Origin: Glycera tridactyla
Taxonomy: Eukaryota
NCBI GenBank assembly: GCA_965644265.1
Contig: OZ286461.1
Span: forward strand, 119,846,001 to 119,910,000
DNA length: 64,000 nucleotides
Direction of reading: 5' to 3'
A program made the translations under genes and the position numbers. The notes under the pieces are model-generated. The model was given only the letters and a program-made list of their open reading frames with translations, searched no databases and was not told the origin of the DNA. Shown piece by piece: positions 13,431 to 26,950 of this stretch. The first letter of the stretch is position 1, and each line of letters opens with the position of its first letter.

Positions 13431-15204
13431 CTGGAAAGGCAACAACACTGTATAGGAACTACGTTCACCCTGCTACGTGAACTCATTCTCTTATCACATC
13501 TATGATTATGAAGATCAAGGATCACCAACAAACACGATCTCGTCATAAAACCTCTACAATACATATACTAGTGACGAAATCATTCCCTGTCTACAATATT
13601 ACATTGGGTCATCACCGATAAGTGACACAAGTTACTCTCGCAAGGAAAGGAAATATTGTGTCCAGTGCCTCACGGATCACATGGCGGAGCCTTCCTGTGT
13701 ATGTATCAAGTATATTGCCCAACTCGCTTGGTCCGCCAACTTTTCAATAATCGACAAATGATAGGTTCTGTTCCCAACCTAGTGCGCTGAATCGAATGAA
13801 ATGAATACAGTCAACACTCGGTGGTTGATTGTTGTAGAAGAAACACCAGTACAAAAGATGAAAGCGTGTCTGAATAGCATCCAAGAAAAAGAAACTGAGA
13901 TACGTGAGAATGAAGATCATGCCAAATCATTTGTTTGTTTGCTTGTTTGGGTTTAACGTCCGTTCGAGCTTATTGGGTTATATCTGATTGATAAACTGAA
14001 AATGCAGAATAAAACAGGCTCCACTGCCGGAGAAGTCCTCTACTCATCACAAAGGACAGCACTTGTTCTTTAATAGACTGCCCTAGACACGACTGACCTT
14101 CGATATGCCAGTTAGCATGCATTGTCACAATCAGGCAGAAATACCAATGCTGATTAGTAAGTGGAGACCACGCCCCTACAGCTATCCGGAGAATGTCTCG
14201 ATAACACCAGACTCCGCAGAGGTATTGAGTACGTGCTGTCTGCAGGCAGAGAAGGCTGGTCAGGCTCAAGATATCTTCTTCACAATGTGGTCCTGAATTA
14301 CAGAGTCTTGCGATTGAATGGGAGGGTCTAGATCTCAGAAGAAGGAAGCAGGCGTAATAGGTGGGATCAAACTTTCAGGAGCTATCTACCTCTGCCCCAA
14401 CCCTCTTCGACTGTACTGTCGGCTACATACAATGCATGATATCTAAAATACCTTTAGGAATGAATGATTCAAAATGCGTAAAGTATTCTTGAAATTGACA
14501 CTCTTCTGTTCCCGCTCAAAATGGGATTCGGGTTTGGAGATGACTGCTGTTGATATCAACTGTTACAGATCTTTCAGTTTGATTGCTCATGTATGAATTC
14601 ACATCCGAAAGAACGTCAAATGACAACTTCTTGGAAGGATAATGACTGATGGTCAGGGCTGAAAGTTTGATGAAATCAATGCATGATAAAAGAAGATTGA
14701 ACAAAAATATCAATATTGAAACAACGACGAATGATGAGGTAGTTGGTGAAGGGAATGAAGGCAATGCAGATATTATCCCAATTGTGAAGACCAAAATAAT
14801 CAAAATTTTCAATTACGATGTGCTGCCATCTACAGTTACAGACCATTATGATATTGGCATCTCGTGTCAGAATACAGTACTGTTGTATCATCAGATGATA
14901 TCCACGTGACAGCGTGATATGGGACGGTAGAGAGTCTGGGATTTCTCTGTTGAGCAAAAGGTGAAAGTCTGTGTATTCAAGTTCTAGTTAGGAATCGGTG
15001 AAATCCTGTCATTTTCAATGTCGATATGCATGCCTCCTTCCTGTTGGAACTTAGTCGCGATGTCATGAAATAATCAGCTATTTGCAGAGTTCTAGGCAGT
15101 TGACTTTAGAGGCAGACGTCTGGGAGAAGTGTGAGGAGGTCGGTGTACATTGATGTAATTGCTTGAATACATGTTCATGTCATATGATAATGAGGGAACT
15201 GATC

Positions 15205-15261
<57 letters not shown>
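15205..15261. repeat. Compound (CA)n(TA)n microsatellite
   Basis: Direct inspection. Confidence 0.9.
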
Positions 15262-15474
15262 CTGTTGGACTAGCTTCTCAATCTTGAAATCATTCAAAAA
15301 GTTTGAAACGGACATAGTGTCGGGAAAAATTCCGTTTTTGATCAAGTCAATTGAATTCTGTGAGCCAATACCATCGGGTTAGACAGGTTATCAGCGTAGT
15401 GGCAGCGGACAATTGTTTAGTGCAAGGTTTCATAAAATCCCGCCCTTATATCACAGTGTGTTTCACTGAATCTA

Positions 15475-15615
15475 CAGTCAAACCTGCTCGAGAGACCGCC
15501 AGCATACAAAGGTCACAGGCATCGTGCAAAGACTACCTGTGCGGTAACCACGATGGTAATGTCTACGGGGAACATCCCTTTTACAAAGACCACCTGTCTA
15601 GAGAGATAACTATCT
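15475..15615 (+). mobile_element. Tc1/mariner-type MITE end (TA|CAGTCAAACCTG) with gaccacct subrepeats
   Basis: Typical terminus motif. Similar gagaccacct-rich patches at ~34790-34900, ~60465-60555 and, reversed, ~9335-9365. Confidence 0.4.
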
Positions 15616-16004
15616 GATGCGACTATACTTCTCATCATTTGCATATCTTATTTCGCTTCCAATCACAGCTCCTGCGTGTCAGATCCTCGTATGTCTTCAT
15701 GCCTCACACAATCTTGTATATTCTCCTCATATACTTGTCCTTCTCACATTATTGCGCCAGGCCTGGAGGCGGGGCGTATACCATTACTAATGTTGGTCCT
15801 TGCAAGTGCGTTCTTGGGTATCGCCACACATTCAATTCCTAATTTATAAGGCCAGATTTAGAAGATTCCCCCATGACATCATCGCTGCACATCTGTGGCA
15901 GTCACGCTCATGGCATGCACATGTCGACATTTTCATCTGTCATTGATCGTATCTGCGAAACGCTTCATCTTGCCTTGCATCATGTTGTTCTTATCTTGTG
16001 CTTT

Positions 16005-18050
16005 CTTGTGGCGTGAATGTGATGTGATGTATTGTTCATGTTGCAGGTCGTTGTTACAGATGGACACCTCTGAGTGTAGGTTCTCCGTCCCCTGGCCAAG
16101 CTCTTCTTGTGGCGTGAATGTGATGTATTGTACATGTTGCAGGTCGTTGTTACAGATGGACACCTCTGAGTGTATGTTCTCCGACCCCTGGCCAAGCTTT
16201 TCTTGTGGCGTGAGTGTGATGTATTGTTCATGTTGCAGGTTGTTGTTACAGATAGACACCTCTGAGTGTATGTTCTCCGACCCCTGGCCAAGCTTTTCTT
16301 GTGGCGTGAGTGTGATGTATTGTTCATGTTGCAGGTCGTTGTTACAGATGGACACCTCTGAGTGTAGGTTCTCCGTCCCCTGGCTACGCTCTTCTTGTGG
16401 CGGGAGTGTGATGTATTGTTCATGTTGCAGGTTGTTGTTACAGATAGACACCTCTGAGTGTAGGTTCTCCGTCCCCTGGCCAAGCTCTTCTTGTGGCGTG
16501 AATGTGATGTATTGTACATGTTGCAGGTCGTTGTTACAGATAGACACCTCTGAGTGTATGTTCTCCGACCCCTGGCCAAGCTTTTCTTGTGGCGTGAGTG
16601 TGATATATTGTTCATGTTGCAGGTTGTTGTTACAGATAGACACCTCTGAGTGTATGTTCTCCGACCCCTGGCCAAGCTTTTCTTGTGGCGTGAGTGTGAT
16701 GTATTGTTCATGTTGCAGGTCGTTGTTACAGGTGGACACCTCTGAGTGTAGGTTCTCCGTCCCCTGGCTATGCTCTTCTTGTGGCGGGAGTGTGATGTAT
16801 TGTTCATGTTGCAGGTCGTTGTTACAGGTGGACACCTCTGAGTGTAGGTTCTCCGTCCCCTGGCTACGCTCTTCTTGTGGCGGGAGTGTGATGTGATGTA
16901 TTGTTCATGTTGCAGGTCGTTGTTACAGATAGACACCTCTGAGTGTAGGTTCTCCGTCCACTGGCCACGCTCTTCTTGTGGCGGGAGTGTGATGTATTGT
17001 TCATGTTGCAGGTCGTTGTTACAGGTGGACACCTCTGAGTGTAGGTTCTCCGTCCCCTGGCTACGCTCTTCTTGTGGCGGGAGTGTGATGTGATGTATTG
17101 TTCATGTTGCAGGTCGTTGTTACAGATAGACACCTCTGAGTGTAGGTTCTCCGTCCACTGGCCACGCTCTTCTTGTGGCGGGAGTGTGATGTATTGTTCA
17201 TGTTGCAGGTCGTTGTTACAGGTGGACACCTCTGAGTGTAGGTTCTCCGTCCCCTGGCTACGCTCTTCTTGTGGCGGGAGTGTGATGTGATGTATTGTTC
17301 ATGTTGCAGGTCGTTGTTACAGATAGACACCTCTGAGTGTGGGTTCTCCGTCCACTGGCCACGCTCTTCTTGTGGCGGGAGTGTGATGTATTGTTCATGT
17401 TGCAGGTCGTTGTTACAGGTGGACACCTCTGAGTGTAGGTTCTCCGTCCCCTGGCTACGCTCTTCTTATGGCGGGAGTGTGATGTGATGTATTGTTCATG
17501 TTGCAGGTCGTTGTTACAGCTGGATACCTCTGAATGTATGTTCTCCGTCCCTGGGCCCCGCTCTGACGCGGCTCTACCCGGCAGGACAGTGTTCCTGGTT
17601 GCCATGATACTGGTGGGGGTACTGGCACCCCTGCTCATCTGTCTCATCACCTCCTTCACACAGAGATGTAGCTTACCGGTACTGGTATCACCACGAGCAA
17701 AGGCCTGAACTCATCTGAGGAGGAGGAGGAGGAGAAGGAGGAGGAGGAGGAGAAGGTGGAGGAGGAGGAGAAGGAGGAAACTGCACCCATCATAACTGTG
17801 TTCCCGAGTGTATGTTCTCCGTCCCCTGGCCACACTCTTCTTGTGGCGGGAGTGTGATGTGATGTATGGTTCGTGTTGCAGGTCGTTGTTACAGGTGGAC
17901 ACCCCTGAGTGTTGGTTCTCTGTCTCCTGGCCACACTCTTCTTGTGGCGGGAGTGTGATGTGATGTATGGTTCGTGTTGCAGGTCGTTGTTACAGGTTGA
18001 CACCCCTGAGTGTATGTTCTCAGTCCCCTGGCCACGATCTTCTTGGGGGT
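16005..18050. repeat. 96-bp tandem array (~16 copies to ~17555, plus ~2.5 after a unique insert), with a 197-bp dimer in its distal part
   Basis: gtgatgtattg starts at 16024 and 16120 (period 96). Identical ORFs at 16864, 17061 and 17258 give a period of 197. Confidence 0.95.
17520..17708 (+). CDS. Candidate TM-encoding exon embedded in the 96-bp array
   Basis: After ttgttacag, phase 0: LDTSECMFSVPGPRSDAALPGRTVFLVAMILVGVLAPLLICLITSFTQRCSLPVLVSPRAKA*. It is a unique GC-rich insert in the array with a clear ~24-aa hydrophobic segment. A shifted frame gives DVAYRYWYHHEQRPELI* (stop 17716-17718). Confidence 0.35.
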   Translation: MDTSECMFSVPGPRSDAALPGRTVFLVAMILVGVLAPLLICLITSFTQRCSLPVLVSPRAKA

Positions 18051-19814
18051 ACTGTGGCCCGGTCCGTACCTGTCTCATCACCTCCTTCACACAGATTGAC
18101 TGATTGATTGCTTGATGAACTGACTGATTGTTTGGTCGATCGATTGACTGAATAACTAATTGATTGATCGAATAATCAATCCAATGACATATTGAACGAT
18201 TAATTGATTGAGTGATTGATTGATCCACTGCCTGATTGATTGATAGTCGATACAGTGAGTCAGGATTCATGGCTCTCCATCCTGTGCTGGACAATATAAG
18301 ACTGTGATAAAATGAGACTTTCTGAAAGGTCTGTCCATAGATTAACCGGAACGAGGTAGCAGTTGACTTTATGTCTACGTAGTCGAGGAGAAGGACACTG
18401 AAGCTCGTGAGGTTCATCCCTGAGTGTCTCTTGACCAGGCAGCGAAGGTTCAGTGGTGAAGAGCACTGATCGGTGGATTAAGGCTGAAATCAACATGGGG
18501 GGAATTAGTCTCTATGACACGTGGTAGATATACTGGTATTGAATTGTTCTGTGTGTGTGTTCGTGTGTGTGTGTGTTCGTGTGTGTGTTCGTATGTTCTT
18601 GTGTTCGTGTGTTGTATCCTGGGTGTCGATAGGGTTAAAGTAGCAAAGTGGGTCAAAACTGGTCCATAATTGTTTTATCTCACATTTGAACGCTTTCACC
18701 AGATATTCTGAAAGTAGATAAACCCCTATCACTGGTGTACATTTCCCTTGTTTCGTTACTTGGTCAGTATGGTCAACTGTTATTGTGGTAGAGTCTTCGA
18801 CCCAAATATGGAGGGGCTGTTTTTTGGTGATCGTGAAAGAGTTGTGCGTTCAGATAGCCTGTATGCAGTGAACATACTGTCTGTCGAATATGTTGAGCTC
18901 ATGTAGCAGAAAACCAGGGGGTAGTGGCCCCACAAGTTAGACACCACACAGTGTGTATTGTCGGTATAACTCACGAGACCGAAAGCCGAGTGATTCTACT
19001 GGCAATACACACCTCTCAATAGTGATGAACCAACTAAGTTCTTTTCAGGAACCCAAATCTGAGGCAGGGTAGAATGTTATCTGATAAGCTGTGATGTGGT
19101 GAGTGGAGATGAGACGGGATGTGGTGATATGAATGTTGTAATGAGATGATGTGTGTGATGGTTGATTGATTAGTTGAATCAGCCTCAGCCACTTCCTACT
19201 CCACTCTTTTAGTGCCTTCTTTTCATAAATTGGTGCATGCATGCTTTCTGTCCTAGCAATCCACCATGGCGTGATAAGGGAAGGCCCGCTGAGCATTAGA
19301 AACAGATCAAACACGTTCCATTTCTAGTATAGGGTGTTACATACCTAATAACTTCACTCAATCCCCACTGAATTGTTTTATGACAGGTGTCGTGACATAT
19401 ATGCTATTCTTCAGTGGGTGGGCCCCAACACGCTTTCACATTCGCATGGATTCCATTGTTGAGTTACTTAGCAATTTTAAGCCAAATAACTGGAATGAGG
19501 TGCCAACATTGTACATTTATTGAAAGAAATAAAAATTTTGAAAATTGTAGGGTCGTCTTCATTCGGTATTATTTCAGATGGGTACAGGTGTGTGTGCACC
19601 GGACCCGAGGTCTATAGTCTCCGACAGGGTGCGCTTGAATGTAAGACACCCGGTTTGTCATTGGTCCTATCATCAAAGACACATCTATTTAGAATTTCCA
19701 GTGAAATCGGAACACTGAGAGAGGAATTTGACTCATTTTATCGTATATATACAAACTCTGATTGTGATCCTGAAAGTGGGACGTATACAGCGCTACCTGG
19801 TAACTGAAATGCCA

Positions 19815-20162
19815 CTACCGATTATCGTTACGCCATCTAATTCCAGATATTCGAAGCTCCAGTTTTGCATACAACCCCCAATACTCGCTGCGGCTTCACC
19901 GATCATGGTGACGCCACCTAGCGTCAGAGATGTATACCTCTAGTATTGCCTACAACTCACTAACGATTGCGGCGCAACCTCGATCATGATGACGCCACCT
20001 AGTGACAGCGACGCGTAGCTCTAAGCATTGCCTACATCTCACCAATCATTGCGGCGCCACCACCGATCATCGTAACGCCACCTAGTGACAAAGATGTGTA
20101 GCTCTAGAATTGTCACAACTCACCAATTATTGAGGGGGGGGGCAGCACCGATCATGGTGACG
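19815..20162. repeat. Diverged ~82-bp tandem repeat (~4.3 copies) carrying CTCF-like motifs
   Basis: ccgatcat..gacgccacctag recurs at ~19898, ~19979 and ~20062, with more diverged copies at ~19817 and ~20147. Confidence 0.8.
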
Positions 20163-23100
20163 ATTATAGACTGCCGAGGACCGAATAAACATCGATGAAA
20201 CACTCCCAATCGGGCGGTCACGCTTGTAGTGGCCAGGTTTACAGTCAGCTACTAACCACACCAAATGGATGGAAAATAGAGAGGACTTACCTACACAAGA
20301 CATACAATCACCCATTTTGTTGGATCGTTTTTATTTCAAACAGGGTTCCTGTCTGTACATTTAGAAAAGAAATTCAACAAGGGTATCTTCATAACAATAT
20401 ACATCCTGTTTTTATTTTTTACATATTTATAGATTAGACTTCACTCAGTAACAGAATGGGATCGGCTGTACACCCATCCCGCATTTGTGGATTCCCCTCC
20501 ACCTACGTCACTAAAATCACTATTTTCACTACAGAAGATAATCATAGAAAGGATCTAGAACCCGTTTCACTAAAGTATGTTTGCATTCAAAGGATCATAG
20601 GTGCCCTCCGTCGCCATGGTTACTCAGAAAACCCTAGCAACCGAAATTACTTGAACCAATTTAGAGCGCAATGACCTCCTAGATCACTGCAAGGTTCTGG
20701 GTATATTCATGATCTTGTTGGGAGCTTCATATATTCCAGCGATGGCACAAACAAATATATAGGACGTCAAAAAGATGAAGTGGCGGCTCATGTGATTGTA
20801 ATGTATTCAGGCATCCCAACGCCTGGAATTCATGATGCTACATAAGGTTGAGGGTACTATAAGACCGACTCTCATGTGAAACAGATGGAGTAGTTGCCTC
20901 CAGCTGATCTGCCTAGTTACCCCAGTATTTTTGCTGTGTTCATCATATCAATGATGACATATTGTCTAGATTCTTGTAAAAACTCAACCACACTCAACCG
21001 ACGAATACCACACGTCACAATGCTAACGCTCAACTCTCTCCACTGACACATACTGTGTCCCAATATCAGATACATTACAGCTTATACCACATCTATTGTC
21101 ACCAGGTTACCGAAAAATTTGATCAAATGAAATATCGAATCACTGATGAATGCAACGTCTAGACGGACGACTTGCGACATCATGTGTTTGGAAGACATCT
21201 GACAGTGACATCTTCAGTACTATTTTAGAACTGCCTCTTTTCAGTTTTACCCATTAGGCTAAATTTCTCTCTCAGCCGAAACATATCAGAAGCATAGCAC
21301 AAATATGTATTCATCCAAACTTGATTTTGAAGAGAAATCCGGCCTGAATGATACAGCTATGTAGGACATTTTCAGGAGAGTGATATGGCTATCTCTAATC
21401 TAAGAATCATCGTTGACATATGCGCATAACAACACAGATCGTGAAATCTGTTGAAGATTGAGATTGAGACGTAAAGGGGGATACATTTATTTTAGTTCAC
21501 GAGATACATTCGTGTATCAATTGCACAGGATATTTGATATATTCGTGAAATTACACACCTCTCTATGAAAACCATATCAAGTGAAGTACATGACATTACC
21601 TACATATGCGACCGATGTACATATAAAATGTTATCCATCGCTGTCACATCAGGATGTTATGTCTCATAGCACTAGGACCTTATCAAAGGACAACGGAAAC
21701 CTCGAATATATCATCTCAATCTACACGACCGTTGAGAGTGGGACATATCTGCTATCAATGATACAAAATGCGCAGGTAAAGGACCAATTACCCATCAGCT
21801 GAAAATACGAGCCCCAAGAATGAAGTAATGGTGATGTCAATGAATGTGAATGCTACGATGATGTGAATGTGATGACAGGCAGGTATATCCAGGAAATAAA
21901 GTACATGACGGTTACTACCGGTCCTACAGGAAAGATGCAGTCTGTAATTACCGGTCTGGTATTAAAGACATTAATACCCACTCAGTGAGGTGCCTCTCGT
22001 CTGTGGTGACACCTAGTGGCAACTACTCAAAACAGTTCCTCTTCATTCTCTGAATGACTGATACAAAATCCAATTTCATTTTGTATTGAAAATCAATGAG
22101 GTATTGAGCATGTGTCCAAACATATGATAGACAGTGTTCAAGCACCTATTTTAATGCATAATGCTGGGAATTCATTAGCCATGATGGTGATTACTGGTTA
22201 AATCAAGATGCATGATCAACTAATTTTGTGATGTATGATAGATTTTCTGCACCTCATTAATCATGAGGTGGGATATATTGAGGGAAATATGGACAATATA
22301 TGGACATCTTTTTTTCTCACTGATATATATTTCAGCATGGTATTGTATTAGGTAAATTATTATTCGACTGATGGATCAGGTAATCAATGGATTAATGAGT
22401 CGCTGACGGGTTAGCCAGGTCTTTGTGTATTCCGTACACATCCTCCGTGAGGTGGTCAGGACTGTAAGTCTGTCAAATCCTCACATGGCGGGCACACCTT
22501 ACATCCCGGATTCGTATATTCATGATTAAGTAGTGGAGTCTGTGGAATGAATAATCGCTTTTGCCACCACAATGTTTCTTAGACCTCAGGGAATGATTAA
22601 GATGATCTATGGTCGCTGATATATCACCAAAATATCATCCATTATGACCAGATTCACTTCTTATTTCAACAATCCAATATTAATCAAAAAGGGCTTGAGT
22701 CGCCTCTGGAGTGCCATCTTCCAAAGCTAGGGGATCACATGGTGAAAATTCTAAAAATACATTATAAGATATCCTGTATGAGAATTAGTTCTTATCGAGA
22801 TAATGATGGCGATGGATCTACTACATCTTCGACAGTATTAGCCTGAATTAAGAATTGTCTGCTATTATGAATGATGGTCATCATCATCATCATCACCTTC
22901 TATTATCAATATGCCTCCATTGTCATTATCATCGTTGATATCAACATCATCGCTATTATCTTATCCTTATCATTATCATTTACGATCATCATATTCAGAC
23001 ATATTGAATTGCTATCATCACAACCGCCGACCATGCCACTGAACATAACACAAAAATGGAAAGATCTCGCGAACAATATTTGCATTTAAGATATTAGGTC

Positions 23101-25454
23101 TGACGCACATATACCCATCACTCCCTATACCTCCATATGTTACTCCATATAATATAGATTGAGTGCCTCTCGTTCAGTCGAATCCACATCTCAGATTCAG
23201 GCTGCTCTGCCCGCGCCCTGTGGGAGTTGAAATTACTCGATAAAGAGACCTATTGATCAGTAAATTGGTCGAAAGAGTGGGGTCTCTGGGAAAGAGGTTT
23301 GGATTCATGACAGCAGTCTACACGAAAAACTCTTTCAGCCACTCTCCTATCGGTAGAGCAGATTGGGAGAATCACTCTCCCGACAATTAATTTACAGTCC
23401 CGAATGTGCGCGAGTCCCAATACCCTATGTCTTCCAAGGATTAGTTCTTCACCCTTTGTCTTCCAAGGATTAGTTTTTTAGTATCATACAAGACTGTGCT
23501 GTTTTGTCTTCACAGAAAAGTTCGGAATTTTCACTCTCCCGAAATCAAATTCACTCTACTCGAGATTCGGGAGAGTGCTGAGTTCGAAGCCTGTGGTGAA
23601 GCTAGCTTTGATCGTCCGTGTATCACACCAGTGACAGGGTGATTCCGGTTTGCCCCTTTTATAGGCAGCTCTATTCATCACCTAACCCGACTCCATGTTG
23701 CTGACATATCCTCACCCCTCATCATAGCAACAAAGCCAACTCTCTACATGAGAGGTTCGCGACTGCAGCGAGCTATTCATTATATGCCAATACATACAAA
23801 GATGTTGTAAGCTTTAACATATTGCGACTAACAAATATAAGGCTCAATACAATACATGGTACAACCACTCGACGTTATGGTGGCGTTAGACGAGAGGTAG
23901 ATGGTTTAACACAGCAACCACATCACTGCTTCACCAGAGGCGACACCGGAAATGAATATCAACATCGACGTCAGCTATCACGGCAGGGGTGTCAGAAACT
24001 ACAGCCCAGGACTCAATAGGCCCGGAAGGCAATCTCTAGAGTAAGATGAGATCATCAGATAGATTAACGTATCATGAACATTTTCAGATGTCACTTGGAA
24101 CAATTTTGATTTGTTTTTCTGTGTGCAGGATTCCTAGAACGCCGTTGCTGACACACCTCACCCAGGTTTCCCACCCATGTCGGCACTCGCGTTATCGGCT
24201 AACGATATGAGGGTAGAACCTATGTCGTTTGTTCTTCCACAAGTTTCTGTTATCACTAGTGACTAAGAAATGTTGCGGGATTTCCATCGATGAACCTTTC
24301 ACTGGGTAGGTTCAATCATCCAGTCAGAACCGTGTCGCGTGGAGATGGATGTTTAATTTATGCATTCCTTCCCGATGTTACCTCCTCCCTCCGAACAAAA
24401 GGCAAATATATTCATGACACAAGCGTCAAACAATAAAACCAAAACAAATACAATATAGATCAAACTAACACTTGGAGGAGTACCAAATTTCACCAGACAG
24501 CAGAAATCGAACTCTAGTTTACGAATCAACAAAACAATATGGTCAATTTTCACGAGGCATTGAAGGTGCAGCCAAACCACACAGCGCAGAGGTCATGAGG
24601 TGCCCAGATAGTGCAACTTCGCTGTGACATTGGCAGGGAACTTTTGGCGGATGCTTGTCAACACATGTCAATTTCCCTATGACGTCATGTCTATTCCCCT
24701 ATGATGTCATGCCGATTCTCGTATGATGTGACGATACAATATGATCACAACATCACCATAGCAACAACAAAATATGACAACAATCAGTTCACCAGTTCTC
24801 GCTATTATCCGAGATCTCGTGTGATACGATTTAAGGTGGGTACCTGCAGCTGTGTGCCAGACATAGTCCGGCATAGGGAGAGCGAATCCACTGCTCCTGA
24901 TCAACAGATTGTCTTCTAACGAGGGTTAACTGAAACTCAGTTTGGCAAAAGTAAATCCGTATTCAAAGCATTTAAAACAGAACACCGCCGCTGAACCTTA
25001 TGCTACAGGAAGGTTTGTTTGTTTGGATGTTGGTTGGTGGGCTGCTAGTTTGTGTTTGTTATAAGTATGCATAGTCTTTGCATCGACTCCACCGTCTGCC
25101 GAGAGCGATCAGAGGTTCAGAACATGTTCAGCTTGGATACGTTAAGAATACCAGCAGGGTGTCCATTTGCAGCTAACAATAGCTAACGTTTTGTGATGGA
25201 AAAACGGTCTCCATTCTTTTCGGACACACTCGATGGGGGATTTGGCGGACGTTTCCTCCGTTAGCTCATCTGAACAACCTGCAGGTGTGATTTGTGAGAA
25301 ATCGAAGTCCTACTAAACTTCAGCCTCAAGTGACATAACTCGTTTCGAAAACACTTCTCATACTCAGTGCTAGGAACTAATTCCGTGATATTGTCACCTT
25401 CTTCCAACAATACGAAGTACCTAGTCCGGTCGGTTCGCACAAGAACACCTCCCG

Positions 25455-25570
25455 TCGCGAGGTAAAAGCCATGGCAACTTAGTGCGCATGCGCTGTCCTC
25501 GGAGCAATCATTTCCGGTTCCTTCTGGTCGGCTTCATTACCGCCACCTAGCGCCAGGACACGTGATTATG
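25455..25570. promoter_or_regulatory. CpG-rich promoter-like motif cluster
   Basis: X-box-like gccatggcaac at 25468-25478, NRF1-type tgcgcatgcgc at 25483-25493, ETS ttccgg at 25512, CTCF-like cgccacctagcg at 25541-25552, E-box cacgtg at 25559. Confidence 0.55.
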
Positions 25571-26829
25571 TGGTCATTAGGGTACAATGTTACGCGCGGA
25601 TGAATGCCCTACATGTTTATGTCATGTTAGGCGTCACGATAGGTGTCAACAAGTGCCGTTAATGAGGTTATTACGGCCCGCCTACAATCAGGGTAGTGGG
25701 TTCCACACTACTTGAAACAAGGAAATGCATCAACTTCTGAAAATACCTACTTCCAGTTTCAATCGCAAACTGTCAATTTCAAACCAGGTTTATAATGATA
25801 ACTAACCCATCACACTCTCCAGTGAAGCTATTTGCAGCCCTGGTAACCAAGAACTGGTGTGCTTGGTACCCACGTTGTCCATCCAGGCTCGTGCGATATC
25901 CCCGAAAGCCACTGGCATAGACGAGTGAAATTTCAATCCTAAAACTTTTCTCTCATACCTGGTGATTTCAGAGTTTGTTTTATATAAGGATGTTCTATTA
26001 AGAAACATTCTGACGTCACGGAAGCTCTGTAAAAAGTGATGGCAAATATTTGATGCGCGGATACGATCTGTGGCTTATACGTTATCACCAGAAAATCAGT
26101 ACACGGAAATATGTGTGGTTTGGGTTTACCAATATGTAGCATGCCAAAGGGTTATATATTCCGCGTGCTCCTGATCCATGGGAGCTCGATGCCCTGTAAC
26201 CAGCAGGCTGCACTCTCACTAACCCTGAACCCTGGTTTCCGCATATACTTTTCATGTTAAACTGTACGTCTTATTATGTGATTATTTTCTTGTATTGATT
26301 TCTACTGGTCACCTTATAAACTTTTTTTCATATTATACTGTATGTGTATATCTGTGTTCCTCTTTGTATTGTATGATTATTCGTGAATTTTATTTTTGGG
26401 CACGAAAGAGGGGAGACAGGGTCTTTGACCTGCCCCTGAAGAGTGAAAATAAAAGCTTGAAACTCAACTTCAACTCAAATATTTCCTGACTTTCCCTGAT
26501 GTCTGGATCATCTGTCAGCGTACATGAATCTTGTACTGATCTGTGCAACTGCCAGCCTGAAACTACCCAATATTCAGATTTGAAATCCGCTCTGCAGGAT
26601 GCTGATAAAGATGCTCAATAGATATGACATTATTACAGTGGAGACAACAGGTGCATTCAAGATACCGGTCAGTAAGGGAATACTGTTTTACTGAAGCGTT
26701 TGATGGCTTTCTAGATTTTTCATCATGAAAAGTATACTCATGATGAAACGTTTAGCATCACAACCTTACTCCCTCACCCCCTCACTCAATCAGTCAGTCA
26801 CCTATCACTCACCCACCAACCAACTTACT

Positions 26830-26885
26830 CACACACGCACGCGCGCAAGCACACACACAAACACACACACACACACGCACACACG

Positions 26886-26926
<41 letters not shown>

Positions 26927-26950
26927 ACACACATACACACAGAGGCACAC
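26830..26950. repeat. (CA)n microsatellite
   Basis: Direct inspection. Confidence 0.9.

Noticed and set aside
14516-14812. Signal-peptide-like MKILIILVFTIGIISA ORF on the minus strand
   Set aside because: It starts at TTG rather than ATG, has no convincing splice sites, and T-rich sequence gives hydrophobic translations by chance.
15895-17426. 300-350 aa Cys-rich or QHEQY-repeat ORFs
   Set aside because: They are translations of the 96-bp array and are broken by 5-bp insertions distally. Not called as CDS; kept only as an alternative in the findings.
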